Of a stretch of 64,000 nucleotides of DNA, positions 10,252-19,360 are shown one piece after another. The notes under the pieces were generated by a model. The model saw only the letters and a list, made by a program, of their open reading frames with translations, was not told where the DNA came from and ran no database searches. Positions within the stretch are counted from its first letter, which is position 1. Each line of letters begins with the position of its first letter. Origin of the DNA: Escherichia coli. GTDB taxonomy: Bacteria > Pseudomonadota > Gammaproteobacteria > Enterobacterales > Enterobacteriaceae. A program made the position numbers and the translations under genes. The stretch lies in NCBI RefSeq assembly GCF_030013595.1, contig NZ_CP122768.1. One strand, 5' to 3'.

Positions 10252-10682
10252 CAGGCTTCTCCCAGTTTCAGCAAACTTTGCTGCATACTTTTCACGTTGT
10301 TGAGCACATCGACATTGGTTTCGAAATCGCGCGAGGCCGACATCATGTCCGCCATCTGTTCCACCACGTTGACGTCGGGATACCAGACATCCCCGTTAGC
10401 ATCCGCCAGCGGCGAATGCGGTTCATAGCGTTTCACCGCCCCGCCGGTTTGCAGCACGTCCTGCACCTGCACGCTGGCACCATCGATCGCATGGCGATGC
10501 GTTCCCGCCAGCAAGCTGTGGTGATACACCGCCGCAAACACCGGGCTGCGCGCTTTATACGCCTGTGCCTCGCTGCCGGCAGGTGCATTGGCATTCGCCA
10601 GGTTACTGGCAACGGTATTCAGACGTAGCGTTTGCGCCGTCATCGCCGAACCGGAAATCTGATAGATATCAGTAAATGACAT
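10251..10682 (-). CDS. lfgC: Flagellar rod protein FlgC
   Basis: 143 aa; MSFTDIYQISGSAMTAQTLRLNTVASNLANANAP. Confidence 0.9.
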   Translation of the reverse strand: MSFTDIYQISGSAMTAQTLRLNTVASNLANANAPAGSEAQAYKARSPVFAAVYHHSLLAGTHRHAIDGASVQVQDVLQTGGAVKRYEPHSPLADANGDVWYPDVNVVEQMADMMSASRDFETNVDVLNNVKSMQQSLLKLGEA

Positions 10683-10684
10683 GC

Positions 10685-11020
10685 TTATTTCCCTTCAATG
10701 GCCTCTCTGATGCCGCTGATTTGCAGATTCAGAAAGGTCAGACTGCTTTGATAATCCATACTATTTTGTGAAAACCGCGCCTGTTCACTGTTCAGCTCCA
10801 CGGTGTTGCCATCTTCCGACGGCTGCATCGGCACGCGGTACTGGACATCCACCGCCGCGTTATTTGCCCGTTGCATCTCCCTGGCAAAATCAATATCTTT
10901 AGCCTTGAAATTTGGCGTATCGACGTTCGCCAGATTCGCAGTCAGTAGCTCGGTCCTCTCAAGACGTAACTTCACTGCCTGCGGATGCACTCCCAATGCT
11001 TGTTGAAAACTGATCCCCAT
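10685..11020 (-). CDS. lfgB: Flagellar rod protein FlgB
   Basis: Start set at the internal ATG (11020) because the predicted sigma-54 promoter lies at 11057-11072; an upstream ATG at 11050 is the alternative; motif LANVDTPNFKAKDIDF. Confidence 0.8.
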   Translation of the reverse strand: MGISFQQALGVHPQAVKLRLERTELLTANLANVDTPNFKAKDIDFAREMQRANNAAVDVQYRVPMQPSEDGNTVELNSEQARFSQNSMDYQSSLTFLNLQISGIREAIEGK

Positions 11021-11056
11021 TCTCTGCGTCACTCCTGCTTCAATCCGCATACGCTA

Positions 11057-11072
11057 AGCAATCGCTGTGCCA
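11057..11072 (-). promoter_or_regulatory. Sigma-54 (-24/-12) promoter for the lfgB operon
   Basis: Minus strand reads TGGCAC-AGCGA-TTGCT, an exact match to TGGCAC-N5-TTGC, about 35 nt upstream of the lfgB start; a sigma-54 activator (lafK) is encoded in the locus. Confidence 0.6.
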
Positions 11073-11101
11073 TTTTTTAAGTGACTGATGAGAAAGGGTT
11101 T

Positions 11102-11839
11102 ATGAGTTTTCAATTTTGCAGGCGGAAGTTTTATTTCCTCCTGGCGCTGACCTTACCGGGCTACGCCGCCGTCCACCCCGTGCAACACAGCGCGCGGGAA
11201 CAAGTCAACGCCCAGGTACTGAATGCCGCGAGCCAGGAAATTGAATCGCTGGCGCAACAGCGGCGCTGGCATGACTATCGCTACACCTTTAAGGTCTATA
11301 TTCCCTCGCAGATTGCGACCGCCGCCCCCTGTGCGACTACACCCGGCGTCACGCTCACTTCGCCTGCGGAAATCACCCTCAACCGGATGAACTTCACCGT
11401 CAGTTGCCCGCAAAGCTGGCAGATGAACGTGGCGGTGCGCCCGGATGTTCTGGTGCCGGTGGTAATGGCGAAGTCACTGGTTGCCCGCGACACGCCGCTC
11501 ACGGCAAATGATGTGGAGTTGAAGCCCTACAACGTCAGCGCCCAGCGCCGCAATGTGTTGATGGATCCCGATGACGCGATTGGTTTCAGCAGTAAACACG
11601 CGCTGCAACCGGGCAGGCCCATCACCAAAGAAGAGCTGGTTTCGCCAGTGCTGGTCGAACGCGATCAGCCGGTGATGATTGTTTACCAGAGCGCGGGGAT
11701 CACCGCCTCGATGCCCGGCGTGGCGCTGAAAAATGGTCGCAAAGGCGAGATGGTGAAAGTGCGTAACGCCAGCAGCCAGCGGGTCATCAGCGCGATGGTG
11801 GCGGAAAGCGGCGTGGTAACAACGGTAAGCGCGGAGTAA
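11102..11839 (+). CDS. lfgA: Flagellar P-ring formation chaperone FlgA
   Basis: 245 aa with signal peptide, divergent from lfgB; ATG at 11102 preceded by agaaaggg. Confidence 0.8.
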   Translation: MSFQFCRRKFYFLLALTLPGYAAVHPVQHSAREQVNAQVLNAASQEIESLAQQRRWHDYRYTFKVYIPSQIATAAPCATTPGVTLTSPAEITLNRMNFTVSCPQSWQMNVAVRPDVLVPVVMAKSLVARDTPLTANDVELKPYNVSAQRRNVLMDPDDAIGFSSKHALQPGRPITKEELVSPVLVERDQPVMIVYQSAGITASMPGVALKNGRKGEMVKVRNASSQRVISAMVAESGVVTTVSAE

Positions 11840-12026
11840 TTTGCTGTAATACCGCGTAGCATATGTATGACTAGCTCCCAATATTCTGACTTTCTGACAA
11901 ATTTCATTGTGTATTTTGGATAATTATTGAGCACTCAATCACTACTGTTTAAATATCCAGATGATAACTATTTCATCTGGGTCAAATGAGTGATATTGTA
12001 TCACCAATAAGACCTACGGGGGTGCT

Positions 12027-13451
12027 ATGTCTGAATTTGAATTGCTCGTGAAAGATCTTCTTTTAAAATCAGAAGAAGACGAGAAAAAGCGACAAGAAAA
12101 AGATCGAGAATTAATTTCAAAGGTTCTTGAAATCTATGATCAAAAATATGTTGCAGAACTCCTACGAAAAGTAGGAAAAAATGAATGGAGCAGAGAAACA
12201 CTTAACCGTTGGATAAATGGTAAGTGTAACCCTAAACAATTAACTTCTGCTGAGGAAACTTTACTTCGAAAGATGCTTCCAGAACCTCCCGAACATCATC
12301 CTAACTATACATTTCGTTTTATTGATTTATTCGCAGGGATTGGTGGTATTCGTAAAGGCTTCGAAAATATTGGTGGGCAGTGTGTTTTTACTAGCGAATG
12401 GAATAAAGAAGCGGTAAGAACCTACAAAGCTAATTGGTTTAATGATGAACTAAATCATAAATTTAATCTTGATATACGAGAAGTCACTTTAAGTGATAGA
12501 GATGATGTTTCCGAAATGGAAGCCTATAATCATATAGACAAAAATATTCCAGATCATGATGTCCTTCTGGCCGGTTTTCCATGTCAGCCCTTTAGTCTGG
12601 CTGGGGTAAGCAAGAAAAATTCTCTGGGGCGTGCACATGGTTTTGAATGTGAGGCACAAGGAACACTATTTTTTGATGTCGCTCGAATTATTAAATCAAA
12701 AAAACCAGCTATTTTTGTGCTTGAGAATGTGAAGAACCTTAAAAGTCATGATAAAGGTAAGACTTTTAAAGTCATCATGGAAACACTCAATGAATTAGGG
12801 TATGAAGTCGCCGATGCTGGTGTGACTGGCTCAGATGATCCTAAAATTATAGATGGAAAACATTTTTTACCCCAACATCGTGAGCGTATAGTGTTGGTAG
12901 GATTTCGTAGGGATCTAAATATTCACAAGGATTTCACGTTACGAAATATTAACCGCTTTTACCCTCAAAACAGGCCAACATTTGGTGAATTATTAGATCA
13001 TGATGTTGACGACAAATATATTTTGACTCCAAGGTTATGGGAATATCTTTACAATTATGCAAAAAAACATGCAGCAAAAGGAAATGGATTTGGTTTTGGT
13101 TTAGTGGATCCTAAAAATCCAGATAGTATCGCACGAACGCTGTCTGCTCGTTACCATAAAGATGGCTCTGAAATACTGATCGATCGTGGCTGGGATAAGG
13201 CTGTCGGTGAAATCGATTTTAGTAATCCAGCGAATCAAGAGAATCGACCAAGAAGACTGACACCTCATGAATGTGCCAGGTTAATGGGTTTTGAAAAACC
13301 AGGGGGAAGACCTTTTAGAATACCTGTATCAGATACTCAAGCTTATAGACAATTTGGGAACTCAGTTGTTGTGCCAGTATTTGAAGCTGTAGCAAGATTA
13401 CTAGAACCGTACATACAAAAGGCTGTCAGCATGCAAGTTATTAACGATTAA
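12027..13451 (+). CDS. DNA (cytosine-5)-methyltransferase, Dcm / M.EcoRII-like
   Basis: 474 aa; C5-MTase motifs [40 protein letters not shown]; close to E. coli Dcm along its length; AT-rich codon usage unlike its neighbours. Confidence 0.9.
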   Translation: MSEFELLVKDLLLKSEEDEKKRQEKDRELISKVLEIYDQKYVAELLRKVGKNEWSRETLNRWINGKCNPKQLTSAEETLLRKMLPEPPEHHPNYTFRFIDLFAGIGGIRKGFENIGGQCVFTSEWNKEAVRTYKANWFNDELNHKFNLDIREVTLSDRDDVSEMEAYNHIDKNIPDHDVLLAGFPCQPFSLAGVSKKNSLGRAHGFECEAQGTLFFDVARIIKSKKPAIFVLENVKNLKSHDKGKTFKVIMETLNELGYEVADAGVTGSDDPKIIDGKHFLPQHRERIVLVGFRRDLNIHKDFTLRNINRFYPQNRPTFGELLDHDVDDKYILTPRLWEYLYNYAKKHAAKGNGFGFGLVDPKNPDSIARTLSARYHKDGSEILIDRGWDKAVGEIDFSNPANQENRPRRLTPHECARLMGFEKPGGRPFRIPVSDTQAYRQFGNSVVVPVFEAVARLLEPYIQKAVSMQVIND

Positions 13452-13475
13452 TAATAATTAACTTTCACTATTGTG

Positions 13476-13497
13476 AGGCCTTTTTTATTAAAGGCCT
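13476..13497. terminator. Hairpin between the convergent methyltransferase and restriction enzyme genes
   Basis: aggccttt-tttatt-aaaggcct: 8 bp perfect stem in an AT-rich context. Confidence 0.5.
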
Positions 13498-13538
13498 CTA
13501 AATATATAATCATAAGTTATTATAAGTATACTTTTATA

Positions 13539-14744
13539 TTATATAAAATCTTCATACAGCGTTATTAACTGTGTGATAAAACCCTCTAACGTTAATAATC
13601 CATCCCTGATTTCCTCCGGATATTTTTTATGAAGAGGGGAAGGTACAACCAAGGTGACACCTTCAGCTCTCATTTCGTTAAATTGAGCAACTGAGACACC
13701 CTCTTGTAAGGTAAACAAATATATTTTGTTGATTTTATTTGCTTCATTGAGTGCCTGACGCCACCGATCCTTACATGTTGTTTTTACAGCAAGCATACGG
13801 AGTTTTTCTCTTGGAAAGTGATCATCATGGTAAGCTGCCGCTGATGGAAAAAGAAAATCGGGTTTCTTTTTTCCTTCAGTAATACATTGAGTAGCAAAAT
13901 GATGCAGTCCATGCTCAATAAAAATTTGCTCAAGATGTAGCTCCAGTGATTTCCCGGCTCGAGATTTTCTTCGATTACTAACAGAGTTAGCCATAGCTAT
14001 AAAATCATCTACAGAACCAAACCCTTGACGGATGATGTCCAGTACGTGAATTTCTTCAACCATTAGAAAGAGATCATATTCAATACGGCGGCGTTCTAAA
14101 AGTTGGTCATCTGGACTGGTTACGCCTGTTGGGTAATAACCCGCAGCATATTGAATAATCTCTAAGCCAGAAGGAAAGCTATGTTTCCAGCTTTCCGGAA
14201 TAACATATTCCTTTTGAGAGATTTTTGGCCTTGATGCGAGTACACCAAGTATTTCACTGGCAGGCCCAAACATTAAAGTTCCAGGAATGATCTCCCCAAT
14301 AGCTGATTCCAGTACATCCTCTTCTTCTGGGCTAACACAAACCCATACATCAACACTTTTGCTGTCTCTCCCTGGCTCATGTTCAAACGCAAGCACAGAC
14401 AAAGCACCTGTATTTTCCGGATCCTGTAGGGGACTGCCAGCCCCCCACCGAGTGATGCGTTTTTCATTTCTTGTTTGCCCGAAATACTTATTATTGTAGT
14501 AAATAGCGCGAACCTCACTGTCTACACATTCATGAGAGGAATAAGTTGCGCGCAATAAAACCGAAGGATTTTTTTCTGACGTATGATCTATAGATGGGAA
14601 AAGTTCAGCGACGATACCAGAAGGGATATATACCCCCACTTGATGCCCTCCTGTTGCACCAGTGTCGTTTGCTGAAAGACGTTTAATATAGAGATAGTTG
14701 TTACCACCGACCTTATCAAGCAGCCAATCTTGTAATCCTGACAT
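13539..14744 (-). CDS. Type II restriction endonuclease, EcoRII family (expected target CCWGG)
   Basis: 401 aa; N-terminal YIKRLSANDTGATGGHQVGVYIPS and the remainder match my recollection of EcoRII; convergent with the Dcm-like gene as in EcoRII systems; AAGGA ribosome-binding site upstream. Confidence 0.8.
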   Translation of the reverse strand: MSGLQDWLLDKVGGNNYLYIKRLSANDTGATGGHQVGVYIPSGIVAELFPSIDHTSEKNPSVLLRATYSSHECVDSEVRAIYYNNKYFGQTRNEKRITRWGAGSPLQDPENTGALSVLAFEHEPGRDSKSVDVWVCVSPEEEDVLESAIGEIIPGTLMFGPASEILGVLASRPKISQKEYVIPESWKHSFPSGLEIIQYAAGYYPTGVTSPDDQLLERRRIEYDLFLMVEEIHVLDIIRQGFGSVDDFIAMANSVSNRRKSRAGKSLELHLEQIFIEHGLHHFATQCITEGKKKPDFLFPSAAAYHDDHFPREKLRMLAVKTTCKDRWRQALNEANKINKIYLFTLQEGVSVAQFNEMRAEGVTLVVPSPLHKKYPEEIRDGLLTLEGFITQLITLYEDFI

Positions 14745-14797
14745 AAGACATCCTTATTTTTGCATAGTATCCGATTCAGATTTTTCCACATATCCAT

Positions 14798-14831
14798 CAG
14801 AACGACCAGAACGACCAGAACGACCAGAACC
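14798..14831. repeat. 9 bp tandem repeat (CAGAACGAC) x about 3.7
   Basis: cagaacgaccagaacgaccagaacgaccagaacc, 54-87 bp upstream of the restriction enzyme start codon. Confidence 0.9.
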
Positions 14832-14868
14832 AACATATCTGAACAAAAAGTAAATATGCGATAACGAT

Positions 14869-14896
14869 TAAAGTTTTGCCGCCTGTTAACCGCTTT
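14869..14896 (+). promoter_or_regulatory. Candidate sigma-28 (class 3) promoter for lfgMN
   Basis: Perfect -35 TAAAGTTT at 14869-14876; weak -10 (ACCGCTTT against GCCGATAA) after a 12 nt spacer; about 40 nt upstream of lfgM. Confidence 0.3.
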
Positions 14897-14934
14897 ACCG
14901 GAGTAACCCACCTAAATACCGAGACGAGGTTGCG

Positions 14935-15210
14935 ATGAAAATCACCCCGACTATGCCAGGCAATCGCCCGACAGTCACAACGGCAGGCTCCAGCCAGCCG
15001 CGCAAAGGCACGGCGACCACCACGACGCTAAGCGCCGACGACATTACCCAGGCGGGATTGCAGTCTGCCCAGCAAACACTGAACGACCAGCAAGAGAGCG
15101 ATATCGACAGCGATAAAGTGGCGCAAATGCAGGCGATGCTGGCCTCCGGCAGCCTGCAAGTGGACACCGAACAGTTAGCCAGCGACATGCTGAGTTTTTT
15201 CCAGAACTAA
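14935..15210 (+). CDS. lfgM: Anti-sigma-28 factor FlgM
   Basis: 91 aa, small acidic protein ending SDMLSFFQN; followed by the flgN homologue. Confidence 0.8.
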   Translation: MKITPTMPGNRPTVTTAGSSQPRKGTATTTTLSADDITQAGLQSAQQTLNDQQESDIDSDKVAQMQAMLASGSLQVDTEQLASDMLSFFQN

Positions 15211-15222
15211 GAGGCCGATGAA

Positions 15223-15651
15223 GTGAGTATCAGGTTACAACAGGTGAAGGCGTTGTTGCAGGGAATTCGTGACGATGACGCGCTGTATGATTCCCTGCGC
15301 GAACTTCTCCAGCGCCAGCGGATCTGCATGATTCGCCGCGCCAGCGAAGAGCTGCTGGCGGTAAACGAGGAGATAACCCATCACTATGAGCAGTTGCATG
15401 GGCATAGCCATCAGCGACACAGCCTGCTGAAAATGCTCGGTGTTAGCGTAAATCGTGACGGTCTGGCGCAGGTATTTGCCTGGCTTCCGGCGGTACAAAA
15501 AGCGGCAGCACAACAGTTGTGGCAACGCCTTGAGCAAAAAGCGGAACGCTGCAAAGCCTACAACGACAAAAACGGCGAGCAGTTGATTCGCCAGTATGAA
15601 TTTATTCAGTCTTTTTTAGGCAGCGAAGCGGATTTTCTGTACCAGGAATAA
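15223..15651 (+). CDS. lfgN: Flagellar export chaperone FlgN
   Basis: 142 aa helical protein; GTG start preceded by gagg. Confidence 0.75.
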   Translation: MSIRLQQVKALLQGIRDDDALYDSLRELLQRQRICMIRRASEELLAVNEEITHHYEQLHGHSHQRHSLLKMLGVSVNRDGLAQVFAWLPAVQKAAAQQLWQRLEQKAERCKAYNDKNGEQLIRQYEFIQSFLGSEADFLYQE

Positions 15652-15728
15652 CGACCATTCCTTCCCCCATCGCGGAAACGGATTTTCCGCCTGATTCACA
15701 ATCCTTTGTTTTTGATTATAAAAAATCA

Positions 15729-15745
15729 CGGCACGCTTATTGCAC
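15729..15745 (+). promoter_or_regulatory. Sigma-54 (-24/-12) promoter in front of the hypothetical gene and glycosyltransferase
   Basis: cGGCACG-CTTA-TTGCA matches TGGCACG-N4-TTGCA with exact spacing, 34 nt upstream of the ATG at 15779. Confidence 0.6.
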
Positions 15746-15778
15746 ATTCCGCAAAGTAATAAAGACTGGAAGCCACCT

Positions 15779-16609
15779 ATGAGTTTTATTGAATGTTACG
15801 AACCGGAATACGTGCGCAATTTTATGACGCAATATCCCGATTCGCCTTTGTACATCCGCAAGGTGTGGAAAAACGAGATTCGCCTGAGCCTGATGCTGAC
15901 AGAGCCAGAAAGTTGCGAAGCGGTGCTCAACGATGCCAGGGCCTTTGATTTACAGCTCACCTACCGCCCGGCGGAAGAAAATGCCGCAGAGCTTTCCGCG
16001 CGCGATGCGATAGTAAACCAGGTCATTTTGAGTACCCTCACGCTCCCCGATTTAACCCCAGAGCTTTCACTATATGCCATCGGGATTTTACTCTCCCGCG
16101 CCAGCAAAATGCCGGGCAGAGACGGAGATATTCTTGCCCGTTTGACGACGCTGCCGCAGGCGCTGGCCGATCATGCGAAAAAAGGCACGCTACAGGCACA
16201 GTTCGCCCAACTTCCGCCCGTGCCACAGCTGGCGCGTCACCTGGCCACGCTACTCGGGAGTTTTACGTTTGACTGGTCGATTTTGCCGGAAAGCCCGCGC
16301 AAAACTTCGCTGCCGTTGCAGATGCCTTTGCTGGCGCTACATGACGCCAACAGCGAAGCCCTGGTGCAACAGCAGCTTCAGGCTCAGTGGCAAACCACCT
16401 GGCAACAGCATTTTGCCACCGCGCCCTGGATGATGCGTAACTGGCTGATTTACCGCGTTTACCATGAGGTGATTGGACAGGCAGACGGAGCAGATTATTG
16501 CCCGCTGGTGTGCGATTTTTATCTTATCCGCACGTTAATCAGTTTTATGGACGCTGGATGGTTCTCCGCTGCGACAGGAGGATATTTTCGCCCTTTTTGC
16601 GGTGTTTGA
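15779..16609 (+). CDS. Hypothetical protein (Flag-2 accessory)
   Basis: 276 aa ORF from the ATG after the sigma-54 promoter; the 3' end may be frameshifted (see findings). Confidence 0.55.
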   Translation: MSFIECYEPEYVRNFMTQYPDSPLYIRKVWKNEIRLSLMLTEPESCEAVLNDARAFDLQLTYRPAEENAAELSARDAIVNQVILSTLTLPDLTPELSLYAIGILLSRASKMPGRDGDILARLTTLPQALADHAKKGTLQAQFAQLPPVPQLARHLATLLGSFTFDWSILPESPRKTSLPLQMPLLALHDANSEALVQQQLQAQWQTTWQQHFATAPWMMRNWLIYRVYHEVIGQADGADYCPLVCDFYLIRTLISFMDAGWFSAATGGYFRPFCGV

Positions 16610-16729
16610 ACGCTGGCGAGAGAGTGAAAATGCGCTGTTTATTCGCCAGCAAATTCAGTCGTTATGTGCGGCAGAGCCGCTGCTTTCAGCATTTTCGCTG
16701 CTGACGTGAGTCGCTCTGTGCGCGCTTTT

Positions 16730-16840
16730 CCCCTCACCCTAACCCTCTCCCCAAAGGGGCGAGGGAACCGATCGAGCACGGTGTTAAAATCGGCGCTGGT
16801 TTTCTCCCCTCTCCCTGTGGGAGAGGGTCGGGGTGAGGGC
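16730..16840. repeat. GC-rich palindromic intergenic repeat, composite copy (near-identical to 6460-6570)
   Basis: cccctcaccctaaccctctccccaaaggggcgagggaaccgatcgagcac ... ctccctgtgggagagggtcggggtgaggg. Confidence 0.85.
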
Positions 16841-16888
16841 ATCAGCACGCACATTCATCACATTCACCCCTTAACTCACCCAGACACC

Positions 16889-19360
16889 ATGCCAACACAA
16901 ACCATCATCAAAACACTCGCCACCCACCGCGAAAAACCGTTTGTCAGCGTCGTCACGCCAACCTGGAACCGTGGCGCATTCCTGCCGTACCTGCTTTATA
17001 TGTACCGCTATCAGGATTACCCGGCAGACCGCCGCGAACTCATCATCCTCGACGACTCGCCGCAAAGCCATCAACACATCATCGACCGCCTGACCAATGG
17101 CACACCGGAAGCCTTTAACATCCGCTATATTCATCACCCGGAAAAACTGCCACTGGGCAAAAAACGCAACATGCTCAACGAACTGGCGAGCGGCGAATAC
17201 ATCCTCTGCATGGACGATGACGACTACTACCCGGCAGATAAAATCTCCTGGACCATCGCCATGATGCAAAAACATAGGGCGCTCATCTCCGGCTCCGACC
17301 AGATCCCCATCTGGTACAGCCACATCAACCGCATTTTCAAAAGCCGCAGCTTTGGCCCGCATAACATCCTCAACGGCACCTTTTGCTATCACCGTAACTA
17401 CCTGAAAAAGCACCGTTACGACGACGATAGCAATTTAGGCGAAGAGAAAAGTTTCACCAACAATTTCAGCGTTAACCCGCTACAACTGCCCGGCGAGCGC
17501 ACGATTCTGTGTATCTCGCACAGCCACAACACCTTTGATAAAGACTTTATTCTCGGGGCCAGCACGCCTGTAAACGCGGCGCTTACGGATATCGTCCGCG
17601 ATCCGCTGCTCCGCAATGCTTATCTGAGTCTGCATAACGCCACTCATCACCAGGCGATCAACCATCAGGCGATCGATCAGATCGTTCTGCTGAATCTGGA
17701 TAAACGCCCGGATCGCTTACAACAGATCCGTGAAGAACTGGCATTGCTGCATATTCCACCTGAGAAGATCACCCGCCTTGCCGCCAGTGAAGATCAAAAC
17801 GGTCAACGGGGTCGCCGCCAGTCGCACTTGCAGGCGCTGCGCCTGGCGCAACAGCACGGCTGGCAAAACTATCTGCTGCTGGAAGATGACGCGGTTATTC
17901 TCAAGCAGGAGAAACATATTCAGGTGCTGAACACGCTGCTGGCGAGCCTGGCGAAAATTCCCTGGCAGGTGATGATCCTTGGCGGCGAAATTTCGCAAGG
18001 AACTATGCTAAAAAGTTTGCCGGGGCTGGTGCACGCGCGGGACTGCCGCAAAGTGTGCGCTTATCTGGTGAACAGCCGCTACTACCCGCAACTGGCGCAG
18101 CAGATGAGCAACGATGAGCACTCGCTGGAAGCCTGCTGGCAGCCGCTGCTACACGCCGACAAATGGCTGGCCTGTTACCCGAGCCTTTGTTACCAGCGAC
18201 CGGGCTTTAGCGATATCGAGAAAAAAGTCACCGACAACATTAGTCACTATTTCAATAAGTTACACGTAACCACCAAGCCATCCACGTTACCCATCGCCGA
18301 CACCATCGGCTTTTTTATGGAAACCTCATTCCACTACGCGCTGTATCGCCCAATCATCACCGCTCTACAGGCGCAGGGGGAGAGCTGCACGCTGGTGATC
18401 AACGACCGCGTGTTTAAACCGTTTCTGGATGAAATGCTGGAGACGCTAAAAAGCATCGACGACCCACAGCTTAAAGGTATGCGCTTGTCTGAGATGCAGG
18501 CACACGGCCAGCGGATGAAATGCCTGGTCAGCCCCTACCACACGCCCGCGCTCAATGGCCTGGCAGCGGTGAACGTTCGCGCCATGTATGGCTTAGCCAA
18601 AGAAACGTGGAACCACGCCGACTGGAACCGTTTTTATCAGCGCATTTTGTGTTACAGCCACTACAGCCAGCAGGCGCTGGCGCATTTCGGTAGCGCAAAA
18701 GTGGTCGGCAACCCACGCTTCGACGCCTGGCATAACGGCACGTTCGACCGCACTCTGCCGGAAAATATCCAACCCGATTCCTGTAAACCTACGGTGCTCT
18801 ACGCCCCTACGTTTGGCGCACTAAGCTCCCTGCCCCACTGGGCAGAAAAATTAGGCCGCTTAAGTGGCAATGTGAATCTGATTTGCAAACTGCACCACGG
18901 CACCTGCTCGCGCCCGGAAGAAACTGCATCGCTGGCACTGGCGCGCAGGCATTTAAAACGGCGCACCGACTCCGCCCGCCACACGCTGGCGCTGCTGGCA
19001 AAGGCCGATTACGTGCTGACCGATAACAGCGGCTTTATTTTCGATGCTATTCACGTTGATAAGCGGGTGATCCTGCTCGACTTTCCGGGCATGAGTGAAT
19101 TGCTCGACGGCGAGAAAAGCTACTCCACGCCGGAGAGCGCCGATCAGCAAATCCGCGAAATATTGCCGGTGGCTCATGATATGGCAGAGTTGCGTTACTT
19201 GTTGTCAGAGGCGTTTGACTGGGGGGCGGTGCAGACACGGCTTAAGGAGATTCGTCATCACTATTGCGATGCGTTTATGGATGGCAAGGCGGGAGAACGG
19301 GCGGCGATGGTGATTGTTGAGGCGCTGGCGGACAAGGAACCGTCAGGGATATGTCGATAA
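16889..19360 (+). CDS. Three-domain glycosyltransferase: GT2 + GT25-like + TagF-like CDP-glycerol glycerophosphotransferase
   Basis: 823 aa from the ATG at 16889 (the longer ORF from 16664 runs through the repeat). GT2: VSVVTPTWNRG, ILDDS, CMDDDD. GT25-like: IVLLNLDKRPDR, LLLEDD. TagF-like: GNPRFD, VLYAPTFG, LTDNSGFIFD. Confidence 0.85.
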   Translation: MPTQTIIKTLATHREKPFVSVVTPTWNRGAFLPYLLYMYRYQDYPADRRELIILDDSPQSHQHIIDRLTNGTPEAFNIRYIHHPEKLPLGKKRNMLNELASGEYILCMDDDDYYPADKISWTIAMMQKHRALISGSDQIPIWYSHINRIFKSRSFGPHNILNGTFCYHRNYLKKHRYDDDSNLGEEKSFTNNFSVNPLQLPGERTILCISHSHNTFDKDFILGASTPVNAALTDIVRDPLLRNAYLSLHNATHHQAINHQAIDQIVLLNLDKRPDRLQQIREELALLHIPPEKITRLAASEDQNGQRGRRQSHLQALRLAQQHGWQNYLLLEDDAVILKQEKHIQVLNTLLASLAKIPWQVMILGGEISQGTMLKSLPGLVHARDCRKVCAYLVNSRYYPQLAQQMSNDEHSLEACWQPLLHADKWLACYPSLCYQRPGFSDIEKKVTDNISHYFNKLHVTTKPSTLPIADTIGFFMETSFHYALYRPIITALQAQGESCTLVINDRVFKPFLDEMLETLKSIDDPQLKGMRLSEMQAHGQRMKCLVSPYHTPALNGLAAVNVRAMYGLAKETWNHADWNRFYQRILCYSHYSQQALAHFGSAKVVGNPRFDAWHNGTFDRTLPENIQPDSCKPTVLYAPTFGALSSLPHWAEKLGRLSGNVNLICKLHHGTCSRPEETASLALARRHLKRRTDSARHTLALLAKADYVLTDNSGFIFDAIHVDKRVILLDFPGMSELLDGEKSYSTPESADQQIREILPVAHDMAELRYLLSEAFDWGAVQTRLKEIRHHYCDAFMDGKAGERAAMVIVEALADKEPSGICR

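Noticed and set aside
11022-11050. Upstream ATG (11050) as the lfgB start
   Set aside because: It lies only 7 nt from the -12 element of the sigma-54 promoter, so it would be upstream of the transcript 5' end; 11020 was preferred, though not excluded
14798-14831. CRISPR array
   Set aside because: Only a 9 bp tandem repeat with no spacers; no CRISPR-like repeat-spacer structure or cas genes anywhere in the window
15740-15778. TTG start for the hypothetical gene
   Set aside because: The codon falls inside the predicted sigma-54 promoter at 15729-15745; the ATG at 15779 is downstream of the expected transcription start
16664-16888. N-terminal extension of the glycosyltransferase ORF (898 aa version)
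   Set aside because: The extra 75 codons read through the intergenic palindromic repeat; the ATG at 16889 begins the conserved GT2 domain
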